Notes under the pieces: generated by a model
What the model was told of the DNA's origin: nothing
The model's database searches: none
Seen by the model: the letters and a program-made list of their open reading frames with translations, nothing else
In this document: positions 46,578-54,957 of the stretch, one piece after another
How positions within the stretch are numbered: the stretch's first letter is position 1
Layout of the letters: each line of letters begins with the position of its first letter
Position numbers and translations under genes: made by a program
Origin: a candidate division CPR2 bacterium GW2011_GWC2_39_35
Lineage (GTDB): Bacteria > Patescibacteriota > CPR2
DNA: 64,000 bases
Direction: 5' to 3'
NCBI GenBank assembly: GCA_000995065.1
Contig: LBWX01000003.1
Location: 153,284-217,283 of the forward strand

Positions 46578-49048
46578 ATGAATCCACTACTACAAAACAA
46601 ATAATCATTAATTTTAAAGACCCCATTTTCGCGCTTGCAAAAATCAATAAAAAGCTTGGCAGTCCCAGATTCAAGTCGATTTCTAATATTATTATAATAG
46701 TAGGCATCATTTTCTTTGCCCTAATAAATATCCTTAAGTTAAGCGATTTTTTGATGTTTTTTGCTATAAATCTGCTAGCTATAAGCACATTTCTTATTAA
46801 CCTAAAGCTTTATTTCGACCTAAAAATTAAAAACTATGTCCCAAAAATTGAGATTTCAGTTTTAGCTGAAAAGCAAAGTCTGGGGAATCAAATCGATATC
46901 AGTCCGGTTTTAAACTTCGAAGCCGCTTTGCTTCTAAAAACAAATTGGGGCAATACCTTGGAGTCAATCTTTTTAAAAATTTGTCAAACCAGAGAAGCAA
47001 GTTTTATTTTGTATAAAGCTGGTCTTAGCACCCAATATTTTTCGGGGCTAAAAATTGATGCTTCCATAGAGGAAATACTAAAAAGAGCCCTCGAATCGGC
47101 CGCAAAAAATAACCAGCGCTTTATTTATATTAGTGATTTATTCTGGGGATTTGCCTCATCTTCTAAGATAATTCAGGATACCTTCTATAAAGCCGAACTG
47201 GACACTAAAGACTTGGAAAACCTGATATTTTGGGAAAAGACCCTGATGGCCAGAACTGAAGCTAAGAGCTTGCTTGATCCGGAAAATTGGACCTCAACCG
47301 GCGGTATTGCTAAAGACTGGTCTTCGGGATACACAATTTATCTGGATCAGTTCGGCAAAGATTTAACCAGTATGGTGTCTGGCGGATGGCTTAACTTTTC
47401 GGTTGTCTCGAGAGAAAACCTAACTAGAGAGATGGAAACCGCCCTTTCTAAGCAGCACAGCCATTTAATTATGGTTGGCGAAGCCGGCGTTGGCAAAAGA
47501 GCGCTCGTTTTAGAATTTGCCAGGAAAGTGCTGCACGGCAAGACTTTAGATCATCTTAATTTTAAAAGAATAATCGAGATTGATACAGGGCTTCTGGTCG
47601 CCGGCGCTCACGATAATGAAGGCGAGATTGAAACCAGGCTACAATTAATTCTTAACGACGCGGTAAAAGCCGGGAATGTTATCATTTTTATCGACAATAT
47701 CCATTCTATTTTTATTAAAGATGGCTACGGAACAGCTAATCTTTCTCAAATCTTAATTCCCTATCTAGAATCGGGCCGGCTTCAGTTAATAGGCGCCACC
47801 AATCTCGAAAGCTGGCATAAGATAAGTGCCAATTCCAACATTTCTTCGTTATTTAATAAACTCGAGGTGCCGGAAACAGACAAAAATCAAACTTTAAAGA
47901 TCCTTCAGGACTTAAGCTTCAAATTCGAATATAAATATAAGATTGCTATTACTTATCAAGGCCTGAACGAAACTTACAACCTGGCAAAAAAATATATTCC
48001 TTATGAGTTCTTCCCGGCAAAAGCAATTGATCTTTTGGAAGAAGCTGCTATTTTCTGCCAGAATAAAAGATCAAATTACTTAACCCCGGAATTGTTAAAA
48101 GAAGTGGTTTCTAACAAAACAAGCATTCCTGTTTCCGAAGCAAATGATGACGAAAAGAATGTTTTATTACACTTAGAACAATTTTTGCATGAACGGATTG
48201 TAGGTCAAGACAAAGCTATAAAGACAGTTGCTAGCGCCTTAAGAAGAGCAAGAGCCGGCTTAAAGAACGATAATAGACCGGTAGCATCATTTTTGTTCTT
48301 GGGCCCTACAGGAGTCGGGAAAACGGAAACCTGCAAAGCCCTGGCTAAAGCCTACTTTGGATCCGAAAGAAACATGTTAAGGCTTGATATGTCGGAATAC
48401 CAAGAAGTTTCAGCTATTCATAAGCTTCTTGGCAGCGATCAAGAAGCTGGCGGATATCTAACCAAACCTATTAGGGAAAAACCTTTTACCTTAATTTTAT
48501 TAGATGAAGTCGAAAAAGCACATCCGGACATCTTAAACCTCTTTCTTCAGGTATTAGATGATGGCCGGATTACAGATAATTTGGAAAGAACAATCGACTT
48601 TACCCACGCTATCATCATTGCTACTTCGAACGCCGGTTCGGAGCTAATTAGAGAACATTTTATGAGTAGCAATGCCGATACTCACGAGTTCGGCAAAATC
48701 CTTATCGATAAACTCTTAAAAGATGGGATATTTAAACCGGAATTCTTGAACAGATTTGACGGCGTCATCACATTTACCCCTCTATCCAAAGAAGAAATAA
48801 ATGCAGTAGCCAGGCTTTTAATAAAAGGGATAGCAAGACAGCTCGACGAGAAAGGCATAGCCCTTAAGGTAACAGACGGGGCTATAAATAAACTTTCCGA
48901 ATTGGGTTTCGATCCGGCTTTTGGCGCCAGGCAGATGAGAAGAGTTGTCCAAGATAAACTAGAAGATTTTATAGCCGAAAAAATCCTCGGCGAATCTTTA
49001 GAAAGAGGCGATTCTATTACATTTGATGTTGAGGATATCAAGGGATAA
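46574..49048 (+). CDS. Clp/Hsp100-family double-AAA+ ATPase with N-terminal transmembrane segments; first ATPase domain degenerate
   Basis: 824 aa; 2 N-terminal TM, Clp_N-like repeats, D1 Walker A GEAGVGKR (T->R) and Walker B IIFIDNIH (E->N), intact D2 Walker A GPTGVGKT and Walker B LLDEVEKAH. Confidence 0.75.
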   Translation: MNESTTTKQIIINFKDPIFALAKINKKLGSPRFKSISNIIIIVGIIFFALINILKLSDFLMFFAINLLAISTFLINLKLYFDLKIKNYVPKIEISVLAEKQSLGNQIDISPVLNFEAALLLKTNWGNTLESIFLKICQTREASFILYKAGLSTQYFSGLKIDASIEEILKRALESAAKNNQRFIYISDLFWGFASSSKIIQDTFYKAELDTKDLENLIFWEKTLMARTEAKSLLDPENWTSTGGIAKDWSSGYTIYLDQFGKDLTSMVSGGWLNFSVVSRENLTREMETALSKQHSHLIMVGEAGVGKRALVLEFARKVLHGKTLDHLNFKRIIEIDTGLLVAGAHDNEGEIETRLQLILNDAVKAGNVIIFIDNIHSIFIKDGYGTANLSQILIPYLESGRLQLIGATNLESWHKISANSNISSLFNKLEVPETDKNQTLKILQDLSFKFEYKYKIAITYQGLNETYNLAKKYIPYEFFPAKAIDLLEEAAIFCQNKRSNYLTPELLKEVVSNKTSIPVSEANDDEKNVLLHLEQFLHERIVGQDKAIKTVASALRRARAGLKNDNRPVASFLFLGPTGVGKTETCKALAKAYFGSERNMLRLDMSEYQEVSAIHKLLGSDQEAGGYLTKPIREKPFTLILLDEVEKAHPDILNLFLQVLDDGRITDNLERTIDFTHAIIIATSNAGSELIREHFMSSNADTHEFGKILIDKLLKDGIFKPEFLNRFDGVITFTPLSKEEINAVARLLIKGIARQLDEKGIALKVTDGAINKLSELGFDPAFGARQMRRVVQDKLEDFIAEKILGESLERGDSITFDVEDIKG

Positions 49049-49290
49049 TTAAAACATCAAAAGATTTGAATAACGAATTAAGAATAAAGAACAGAAATTC
49101 GGAATGTTTTGATATTTGAGATTTAATGATATTTCCGCTTGACTTTTAAATTTTAAACGATCCTAAAAAATTCGGTAGATAATTTCCAAATAATTTTTTT
49201 ATTTTTGAGCATGAAGGTTTTATTGACTTTAAATCTGCTTACTTTAAAATAGTTATATAGAGAATGCAAAGGCCTCGAGTATATATTGGG

Positions 49291-49328
49291 AATAGACCTG
49301 AGGCCGCCTGGTTTCAGGTCTATTTTTA
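49291..49328 (+). promoter_or_regulatory. terminator-like hairpin (aatagacctga..tcaggtctatt + T-run) 12 nt upstream of RBS aaggagg of next gene; possible attenuator
   Basis: 11-bp stem, GC-rich 12-nt loop, followed by ttttt then aaaaggaggagatATG. Confidence 0.35.
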
Positions 49329-49340
49329 AAAGGAGGAGAT

Positions 49341-49709
49341 ATGGCTTACTACAAATCAGTATTTACAAAATTATTCAGAGGTTTTTTTCTTGTAGGCACT
49401 TTTCATCTTCTTATTGCTTTAACTTATTTTGTTACCTTTCCGGTAAGCCAAGATTTTCTGGCAAATGCCGCATCGAGTATGGATTATGGCACTATCGATA
49501 ATTCCAATTTTGTATTCCTAATAAATTTTTTCATCCTTATTGCTAGTATCGGCCTTGCTATGCTTGCAAGCGTAACCCTAAAGCAGCTTGGATCGTCGAA
49601 AAATCAAATCAAAATCGCCCCACTTGTATTAGAACCGATAGAGATAGCTAAACCTCAAATTACAAAGGCCAAACAAACTCCAAAAAAGAAGATCATTATC
49701 CAGTTCTAG
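49341..49709 (+). CDS. small hypothetical membrane protein
   Basis: 122 aa; two hydrophobic helices. Confidence 0.45.
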   Translation: MAYYKSVFTKLFRGFFLVGTFHLLIALTYFVTFPVSQDFLANAASSMDYGTIDNSNFVFLINFFILIASIGLAMLASVTLKQLGSSKNQIKIAPLVLEPIEIAKPQITKAKQTPKKKIIIQF

Positions 49710-49844
49710 CTTCACGTATCTAGTATAAGGTATAAAGTATTAGGTATTTTTTAAATAACGTTTGATGATTTAATAATACCCTTATTTTCGAATAGTTATT
49801 TTCTTCCATACTTTTACCTAATGCCTTATACTAAATTCCCATTA

Positions 49845-52052
49845 TTATTTAGATGCTTTTCGATATGCATTTATATTCTGAGAGTTCTGGCTTTTTTCGA
49901 TGCCGGTTTCCCAGGGAATAAAGAATCCAAAGGTACAACCTTTTCCTGGCTTACTATCAAAATAGATATTACCTTTATGGCCCTCTATAACTTCTTTTGC
50001 CAAAAAGAGACCAAGACCACTGCCATCCGGCCTTATTTGTTGGGCATTTGATCCCCTAAAGAATTTTTTAAATATATCTTTTTGTTGATCTCCCGGCACT
50101 CCAATTCCCGTGTCTTTAACAAGCACAATCATTCCCTTATCATCTTTGTCCACAACAACAGTAATCCCGCCATCTCTTGTATAAAAAATAGCATTTTCAA
50201 TAAAATTAGAGATTACCTGACCCATCTTTAACTTATCAATCATCATCTTCTTTCTCTTTCCAGTCAAAACTTCTAGTTTCAAGAATAACTGCCTCGACTC
50301 TGCCCTTTCCCTCAAATGAGCCACTTCCTCAGCCGCAATTTCCGCAATATCAATAAGTTCTCCCTGCATAAAGAATTTACCCGTATCAATCCTAGAAATA
50401 TTCAAAAGATCATCAATAAGCCTCTCCATTCGGGAGGTATTTAAATAAGCCTCCTGCATAGCATTGAGCTGTGTTACCGTCAGATCGCCGAAGTCTCCCT
50501 CCACAAGCATATGAAGATAACCCGCAATAGTGGTAAGCGGCGTTCTAAGCTGATGAGATGCCATTGCCAAAAACTGATCCTTTGCCTTATCCAATTCCTT
50601 TAAATGTTCATTAGCCCTTAAAAGTTTGGCCGTTGATTTTTCGACTTTTTCTTCTAGAGTACAGGCAAAATTTTTTATTTCTTCATATTGACAAGCATTC
50701 TGAATAGCCACGGTCAGCTGATTGGATAAAATATGTAATACTTTAATGTCCTCCGGGCTGTAACTTTCTCCGGATTTCTTATGCCCAATTAACATCACTC
50801 CGGCTAAATAAGATTTTGTTTTTAAAACAAAGCTTATCCCGCTGTCATATTTCTTAAGAAGCGCTTTTCTGGGATCTGAATCGGCTAACTCGTATTCATC
50901 AAGAAGCATCTTTGTCTTAAGCATGTCAAATTCTTTAGGTGTTAGTTTTATTAGCTTTCCGAATCCAACTGCGTAAGTATCTTTTAAGTTACCTTGCTCG
51001 TCGGCAATAGCAAATAAGATACGAGAAGTTTTGATGGTAATCTCAAGCGCTCTAAATACCTTGAACAAAATTTCATGAAGTATTATTGTTGAGCTTATTT
51101 CTTCGCCGATTTCATTTAGAAATTCTTCTGACCGATATTGATTTTTGAAGAAGAACTTGTCCGTAATCTTGGCAATGAAGATTTTTATTGGCTGAAAAGA
51201 AAAAATTAGAACTAATACCACGGCAATGCGAAAAATCTGATGCCCGATGCTCACCTCTTCGCCAAAGACCAAAACATTTGCGGCATATATAAAAGCGGTA
51301 TATGCAATTGCAAGAGTCATAACAAGAAGAAAGAAAGCAAATGACTTGACAAAAATTACCTTAATGTCTATCAGACGATGCTTTACAATAGCATATGCGG
51401 TAAAGCTCAAGAAAATGAGCGCTGAGTAATTGCCGATTGCCCAGAATTGGGGAATTCCCTGAAAAAAGGGCAAAATGACGTTAAAAATAAGATTTGCCAA
51501 AACCCACACGAAGAAACCAAATAGAAAATAAACGAGCTTAGCTCTTGCATTAGCTTTAGATTTAAAATAATTTACCAAAAAACGATAGGCAATATATAGA
51601 AACCAAAAAAATATCAATGAGAAATAAGCATATGCGCCCTTCCCCAAAACAGGAATAGCTCCATACTGCGTTACCGCCATGTTTTTTACCATGAAATTGC
51701 CGGAAATAGAAATAGTAAATAAAAAAAGGCTCGAAAATATTAAAAAGAAATCCATTTTAATATTTTTCTTGTATTCCTGTAAAAAAGAAGTAGAAAAAAA
51801 ATAGAAGGGGATAAAGAAAAGAGCGACAACACCATATGCAATTCTACCCCAAAGCGGATCCGTAGTAATAAAAATAGAATTTCCTAAATAACATGCAAGG
51901 ATCCACAAGAACAAAAAAAGCGAGGTCCAGAAAAAAAATACGTTCACCTTGAGTCTCGAGTTCGAGGAAAGAACCCAAAAACCGAGCCCCAAACAAAGTA
52001 TTCCAACTACGATTGTCAATATTGCGTTAATCAAAAAAAATGTTTCTGCCAT
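49845..52052 (-). CDS. sensor histidine kinase with N-terminal multi-TM (7TMR-type) sensor, GAF-like linker, HisKA and HATPase_c domains
   Basis: 735 aa; ~8 TM; H-box MASHQLRTPLTTI; G-boxes DTGIGVP.. GSGLGL. Confidence 0.8.
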   Translation of the reverse strand: MAETFFLINAILTIVVGILCLGLGFWVLSSNSRLKVNVFFFWTSLFLFLWILACYLGNSIFITTDPLWGRIAYGVVALFFIPFYFFSTSFLQEYKKNIKMDFFLIFSSLFLFTISISGNFMVKNMAVTQYGAIPVLGKGAYAYFSLIFFWFLYIAYRFLVNYFKSKANARAKLVYFLFGFFVWVLANLIFNVILPFFQGIPQFWAIGNYSALIFLSFTAYAIVKHRLIDIKVIFVKSFAFFLLVMTLAIAYTAFIYAANVLVFGEEVSIGHQIFRIAVVLVLIFSFQPIKIFIAKITDKFFFKNQYRSEEFLNEIGEEISSTIILHEILFKVFRALEITIKTSRILFAIADEQGNLKDTYAVGFGKLIKLTPKEFDMLKTKMLLDEYELADSDPRKALLKKYDSGISFVLKTKSYLAGVMLIGHKKSGESYSPEDIKVLHILSNQLTVAIQNACQYEEIKNFACTLEEKVEKSTAKLLRANEHLKELDKAKDQFLAMASHQLRTPLTTIAGYLHMLVEGDFGDLTVTQLNAMQEAYLNTSRMERLIDDLLNISRIDTGKFFMQGELIDIAEIAAEEVAHLRERAESRQLFLKLEVLTGKRKKMMIDKLKMGQVISNFIENAIFYTRDGGITVVVDKDDKGMIVLVKDTGIGVPGDQQKDIFKKFFRGSNAQQIRPDGSGLGLFLAKEVIEGHKGNIYFDSKPGKGCTFGFFIPWETGIEKSQNSQNINAYRKASK

Positions 52053-52058
52053 TTTTAT

Positions 52059-53033
52059 TTAGCTCTTGCTTACTATTTGTAATATTAATAATTTTTCTAA
52101 TTTTTGTCCCAATTCTCTTATTTCGATTAAGTCTTTAATGTCCTTTTTGCCGCTAATATCCTTGTAGCACTCATCCCAAACATTCATTAACTTTTCTTCT
52201 AGCCTATCTCTTTTTATCTTCGCTATAAGTTCTTCACTACTTATTGCTTCCAAATTATCGACGTCTAAAATATTAGAATCCAGCGCATAAGCAAAAATCA
52301 AGCTTGTCAAATCCTTCTCGTCTATTTCCCTTTCCCACGTACTGATCCAATTTCCAATCCTGCCCATCTTCTGTGCCTTTAGAATTATGTCTCTTATTTC
52401 TTTTAATTCTTTAGGCGTTAATCTGCCGTTTCCGGCCATTAATTCCATAATATTATAAAGCATCATTTGCATCGAGCATGGAAAATAAGTCCAGTAATTT
52501 TCCGCGCTTATTAAAAAAGGGTGGCTGCTCACTAAAATAGCAAATCTCATAGAATTAAATATCTGGTCAATTTCAAAGCTAAGAATGTTTTTAAAATCGC
52601 TATAAAAAGGAAAATTGGCTATTTTTTTATTAATATGCCGAAAAATATCTAAAGCAAATGTCGAAAGAGTATCTAAATTTTCCCTCCCTAAATAATTATC
52701 GTTAGAAATAGCTTTGTATATTTCTTCTAAAAGCTCGCTGTCTTTTTTTAAATCCGCAATATCGTCTATGATGACGACAAACATACTGAATAAAAATTTT
52801 GCTTCCTCAACGTCTTTTTCATAGCTTTTATCATAATCAACAAAAGGAGAGACATTTTTAATAACACAATAGGTAAACGGCCATATTATGTTACTTCTTA
52901 CTCCGCCGGCCTTTACGTATTCATCCACCCATTTTTGAATGTTTTGAGGTAAAGGCACGCTCATCATGTTATCTAACTCAGACCTGATACTTTCCGGACT
53001 TAGTTTCGATTTTATTTCTTCGATTTTCCTCAT
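52059..53033 (-). CDS. class I terpene synthase-like protein (putative terpene cyclase)
   Basis: 324 aa all-alpha; DDIAD (aa 90-94) and NWISTWERE (aa 228-236; N..T...E = NSE/DTE motif), 138-aa spacing as in bacterial sesquiterpene synthases. Confidence 0.5.
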   Translation of the reverse strand: MRKIEEIKSKLSPESIRSELDNMMSVPLPQNIQKWVDEYVKAGGVRSNIIWPFTYCVIKNVSPFVDYDKSYEKDVEEAKFLFSMFVVIIDDIADLKKDSELLEEIYKAISNDNYLGRENLDTLSTFALDIFRHINKKIANFPFYSDFKNILSFEIDQIFNSMRFAILVSSHPFLISAENYWTYFPCSMQMMLYNIMELMAGNGRLTPKELKEIRDIILKAQKMGRIGNWISTWEREIDEKDLTSLIFAYALDSNILDVDNLEAISSEELIAKIKRDRLEEKLMNVWDECYKDISGKKDIKDLIEIRELGQKLEKLLILQIVSKS

Positions 53034-53119
53034 AAATATATTTTATCATTTTAAAGCTACCGCTGAAACCAAAAAAACGTAAACAACTTTTTTCGTTCAT
53101 CTTTCGCTACTTGTGTGCT

Positions 53120-53190
53120 TACATATTGTTCGACCTTGTGGAGAACTGCATTAAAGTACTTCTAGACCACGTTTCACTTCGCTCGCCATA
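53120..53190. repeat. dispersed intergenic repeat family, copy 3
   Basis: atattgttcgaccttgtggagaactgcattaaag...cgtttcacttcgctcg. Confidence 0.6.
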
Positions 53191-53390
53191 CCATCCGTAT
53201 GGGAAGAAAAAAGCAACTGCTCAACCCCATCGTCATTGCGAGGAGTTCATACGACGAAGCAATCTCGCTCCAGTTCCAGACAAAGATCGCCACGCTCATT
53301 TCATTCGCTGAGGGTGACAGTTGTGAGCAGTTACGAATAAAATAGGTAGTTTAGGTGTCAAATGCGAAAGTCGCGTTCAGTAGTATTGGA

Positions 53391-53912
53391 TCAATTGGAT
53401 ATTGTATTTAAACTTTCTAACCTCTCTAGAGCAATAATAAACCACGGCGTATATTTATCCGGATTCTCTTCCATGTCTTTTTTGAGATCATTAATGTTTA
53501 CCCATTTCCAATCTGCTACTTCCTCTTTAACGGGTTTCACGTCTCCATCATACTCCCCGATTAAAGTGGCGCAAACCTCGGACTCCGCTCCCACATCTTT
53601 ATAGGCGGCATGGTACTGAAACTTATCTGCCATTTTCAGTTTGCAGGTAAATCCTAATTCGTCCAACAATCTTCTTTCCCCTGCCTTCTCATAACTTTCA
53701 TTCTCCCTTGGATGGCTGGCACAGGTATTGTCCCATATAAGAGGCCAAAGCATTTTTTTCTCGCTTCTTTGCTGAATCAAAAGTTCACCCTTTTTATTAA
53801 AAATAAAATCTGCAAAAGCCCGATGAAGCTTTCCTTCATCCAGATGCGCTTTTACTTTTTCTTCCAATCCAATATTTTTGTCGTTTTCATCAACCAGTAT
53901 TACCTTTTCCAT
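53391..53912 (-). CDS. idi: isopentenyl-diphosphate delta-isomerase, type 1 (Nudix fold)
   Basis: 173 aa; HRAFADFIFN, NTCASHP Cys motif and WKW/E-rich catalytic region typical of IDI-1. Confidence 0.8.
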   Translation of the reverse strand: MEKVILVDENDKNIGLEEKVKAHLDEGKLHRAFADFIFNKKGELLIQQRSEKKMLWPLIWDNTCASHPRENESYEKAGERRLLDELGFTCKLKMADKFQYHAAYKDVGAESEVCATLIGEYDGDVKPVKEEVADWKWVNINDLKKDMEENPDKYTPWFIIALERLESLNTISN

Positions 53913-53913
53913 T

Positions 53914-54945
53914 TTATTTTTCCCTCTCGATTACAAAATTTGCAAGACCGGATAAAAGTTCCCGCCACTCATTTTTCGGCAAACTCTTAAGCTCGCCCCT
54001 GGCTTTTTCGACATAATTTCTAGCGATCTTGGCGGCTTTTTCTTTAGCTTTAGTTTTTTTAATTAATTCGATCACTTTTTTTACTTCGCCCTCTGTGACC
54101 GGATGATTGCTGTTTAAAACGCCATGAATTTTTTCTTTATCCTCGGCACTTAATTCCTCCAAAGCTAGAAGGATCACCACGTTGCCTAGTTTTTTTTCAA
54201 TAATATCTTTGCCGACCTTTTTGCCAAACGATTTTTCATCCGCAAAAATATCCAAAATGTCATCTTGAACCTGGAAGGCCATTCCCAAATTAAAACCATA
54301 ATTTCCAAGCATCAAAATTTCCTGCCAGTGTCCGCCGGCACAAATTCCGCCAGCTTCACAACTAGCCTTTAGCAAAACAGCCGTTTTTTTACTTATCATT
54401 TCAAAATAGTCTTCTTTAGAAATGTTTTTATACCTGTTTTTTGTAACAAAAGGCTCGTTCTCCCGTCCGGAACGCTCAAACGAAACATCAGTAATCTCAC
54501 CATCAGCAATTGCCTTTAGGGTTTTAGCTAGAAGCTCTGTTAGTCTAGAAACATTGGGAGATTTATTTGCACCCTGAAAAACAGAAACTGCATAATCTAT
54601 TCCGGCACACTGTGCCATGGAATTTCCGTATTTTGCCCAAACGGTCGGCTCATTCCTTCTAAAATCGCTGTGGTCGATCATGTCGTCTATAATAAGAGTG
54701 TAATTATGAAGGATTTCTAACGATGCGGCCGCATGAATGACATCTTCCAGCTTTCCTCCCAAACAAAGACAAGAAGCAATGGCCAGACCCGGTCTAATTC
54801 TTTTTCCCCCAACCTTCATTTGGTGATCCAAAAGCTCATGATTTCTTGCACCAACACCATCGTTTAAAAGATCTAAAATTACCGGATCAACCGCTTGGCT
54901 CCACTGGGTCAAATAAGTTTTTACGCTTTCTTTAGTAATAGGCAT
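53914..54945 (-). CDS. short-chain polyprenyl diphosphate synthase (FPP/GGPP synthase-like)
   Basis: 343 aa; first DDxxD LIIDDMIDHSDFRR with Tyr at -5, second QVQDDILD. Confidence 0.85.
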   Translation of the reverse strand: MPITKESVKTYLTQWSQAVDPVILDLLNDGVGARNHELLDHQMKVGGKRIRPGLAIASCLCLGGKLEDVIHAAASLEILHNYTLIIDDMIDHSDFRRNEPTVWAKYGNSMAQCAGIDYAVSVFQGANKSPNVSRLTELLAKTLKAIADGEITDVSFERSGRENEPFVTKNRYKNISKEDYFEMISKKTAVLLKASCEAGGICAGGHWQEILMLGNYGFNLGMAFQVQDDILDIFADEKSFGKKVGKDIIEKKLGNVVILLALEELSAEDKEKIHGVLNSNHPVTEGEVKKVIELIKKTKAKEKAAKIARNYVEKARGELKSLPKNEWRELLSGLANFVIEREK

Positions 54946-54957
54946 ATTTTTCCTTTC

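Noticed and set aside
53111-53311. 66-aa plus-strand ORF (His/Cys-containing) in the idi / terpene-synthase spacer
   Set aside because: Lies in repeat-bearing, GC-richer non-coding DNA with the dispersed 16-mer inside it, has no RBS, and is oppositely oriented to the operon; more likely non-coding (possible sRNA region) than a protein.
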